From NCBI GenBank assembly GCA_951406725.2, contig OX597814.1, positions 159,092,001-159,156,000 on the forward strand: a stretch of 64,000 nt of DNA. The letters are read 5' to 3'. Of this stretch, positions 1 to 64,000 are shown in pieces. The notes under the pieces were generated by a model. That model worked only from the letters and a program-made list of their open reading frames with translations. It searched no databases and was not told the origin of the DNA. Made by a program: the position numbers and the translations under genes. Source of the DNA: Octopus vulgaris. Lineage: Eukaryota. Every line of letters starts with the position of its first letter. Within the stretch, counting starts at the first letter, position 1.

Positions 1-555
1 GATGATTTCCTCATCTTGTCAGATGTTAGCCCTCTCACATTCAGCTTAATTCTGCTGTTTTACTTTCATCCTTGCTTATGCACGAAGATTTCCTTACCAC
101 ACAACTTTATAAATTACAAAACGAATCAATGAATTAAATAATAGCTAGACATCGGTACCCCACTGGATGTAAGTGACGACACCTTGAACCACACATTTCC
201 CACTCACTCGGCCGCCATAGTAGGTTCCAGTGCTAAGCGTTGCATGATGACAAGTACTATTTCGACAGCAAGTTTTACGTCAGTTTCTTTCTCCTAGAAG
301 AGCTGCCTTCCCCCGCAGGTTAGTCAGAAATAACAAGAGATTTCTCTACTCCACGTAAAATGTATTTAACACGCAGATGGGACGACCCTAACAGGCATTA
401 GCGGTCCGGATAAGAACGGATGCAGTCATCGGGTGCTTTTTAAATGCAGCAACCGCGCGCGCACACACACACTCACACACAAACGCATAAACGAAAGTGT
501 ATAACATAGAATTTCTTATCTATTGTATAAATTTCTAATGTAGAAAATTGCTCAC

Positions 556-63135
<62,580 letters not shown>

Positions 63136-63244
63136 CTGAACAAATTTTAAAATAAATACAATAAGAACGTCATTTGACTATTTAACGCAAAAATTAAAAT
63201 TCAAAATTCATCCCTATCTTTATCTCTGTGTGTGCGTGCTTTAT

Positions 63245-63388
63245 TAATGAAGCAGTAAAGACATCACAAAAGCTGTTACTCAGAGTTTCACGTTCCCGTT
63301 CGTCAGACAGTTTTGGTTGGGGATGTCCGACGAACAGAAACGGGAAACTCTGAGTAACAGCTTTTGTGATGTCTCTGCAGCTTTACTA
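63245..63388. repeat. ~145-bp hairpin (MITE-like)
   Basis: gacatcacaaaagctgttactcagagtttc / gaaactctgagtaacagcttttgtgatgtc perfect inverted core. Confidence 0.8.
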
Positions 63389-63471
63389 AAAAAGCATATG
63401 ACACTACCTCCGTTATTTGAGTACTTTTTTTCCACCTTGCTTCACATTTATGGGCTTACTCTGGTATATAA

Positions 63472-63526
<55 letters not shown>

Positions 63527-64000
63527 TGTGCATATATATATTCATATATACCAACAGTAAACAATATGAAATGCGAAAATAAATGAGTTTAATACGCAAA
63601 CAACGAAAGAAACAAATGGAAAACAGAACAAGTAGCACAAAGAACGACTCTTCAACAGTTGTCTAGTTACTTCTCATTTCGATCATTAAACGACAATATG
63701 AGACTTCGAAGAGAGTTGCTCCCATGCACCAAAATATAATTTGAGATTTATGGATGGTCGAAGTTCAGAACAAAAACAGGACAGTGGAGACATACAAGGA
63801 AACCGAAGGAAAACAAACATAGAGGTTCGTTATACCAGAACGAGGGTAAAATAGCGAACGCTAGAGAAATATTTTCTTGGACAAGAGAGAGATAGGATAC
63901 GTCCAGTCCTTAGGACAATCCTGAAAAGAAAGATTAACCCGTGTGGAAAAGAAATATGGACGATGGGGAGAAAAAAGGGAGAAAAAAGGGAGAAAAAAGG

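Overview
AT-rich, microsatellite- and SINE-laden eukaryotic genomic DNA. The tRNA-derived SINE types resemble those I recall from octopus genomes, which is an inference. Almost all ORFs in the supplied track are microsatellite or transposon noise. The real content is one minus-strand gene segment spanning the whole window. It consists of 62 phase-1/phase-1 micro-exons (61 of 30 nt, one of 24 nt), each flanked by AG...GT splice sites. Spliced in order they give about 618 stop-free codons of an acidic E/T/S/V-rich repeat protein, one 10-aa module per exon. The modules form a six-exon, 60-aa super-repeat: [66 protein letters not shown]. The array shows a recent ~5 kb triplication with mosaic copies, lost or decayed F exons, an extra B-C pair, and one divergent aromatic-rich five-exon cassette. 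Introns carry Helitrons, Tc1/mariner remnants, LINE fragments, SINEs, foldback elements, and an inverted tRNA-head/Penelope-like element with minimal hammerhead ribozyme motifs. The gene's start, end and identity lie outside the window.
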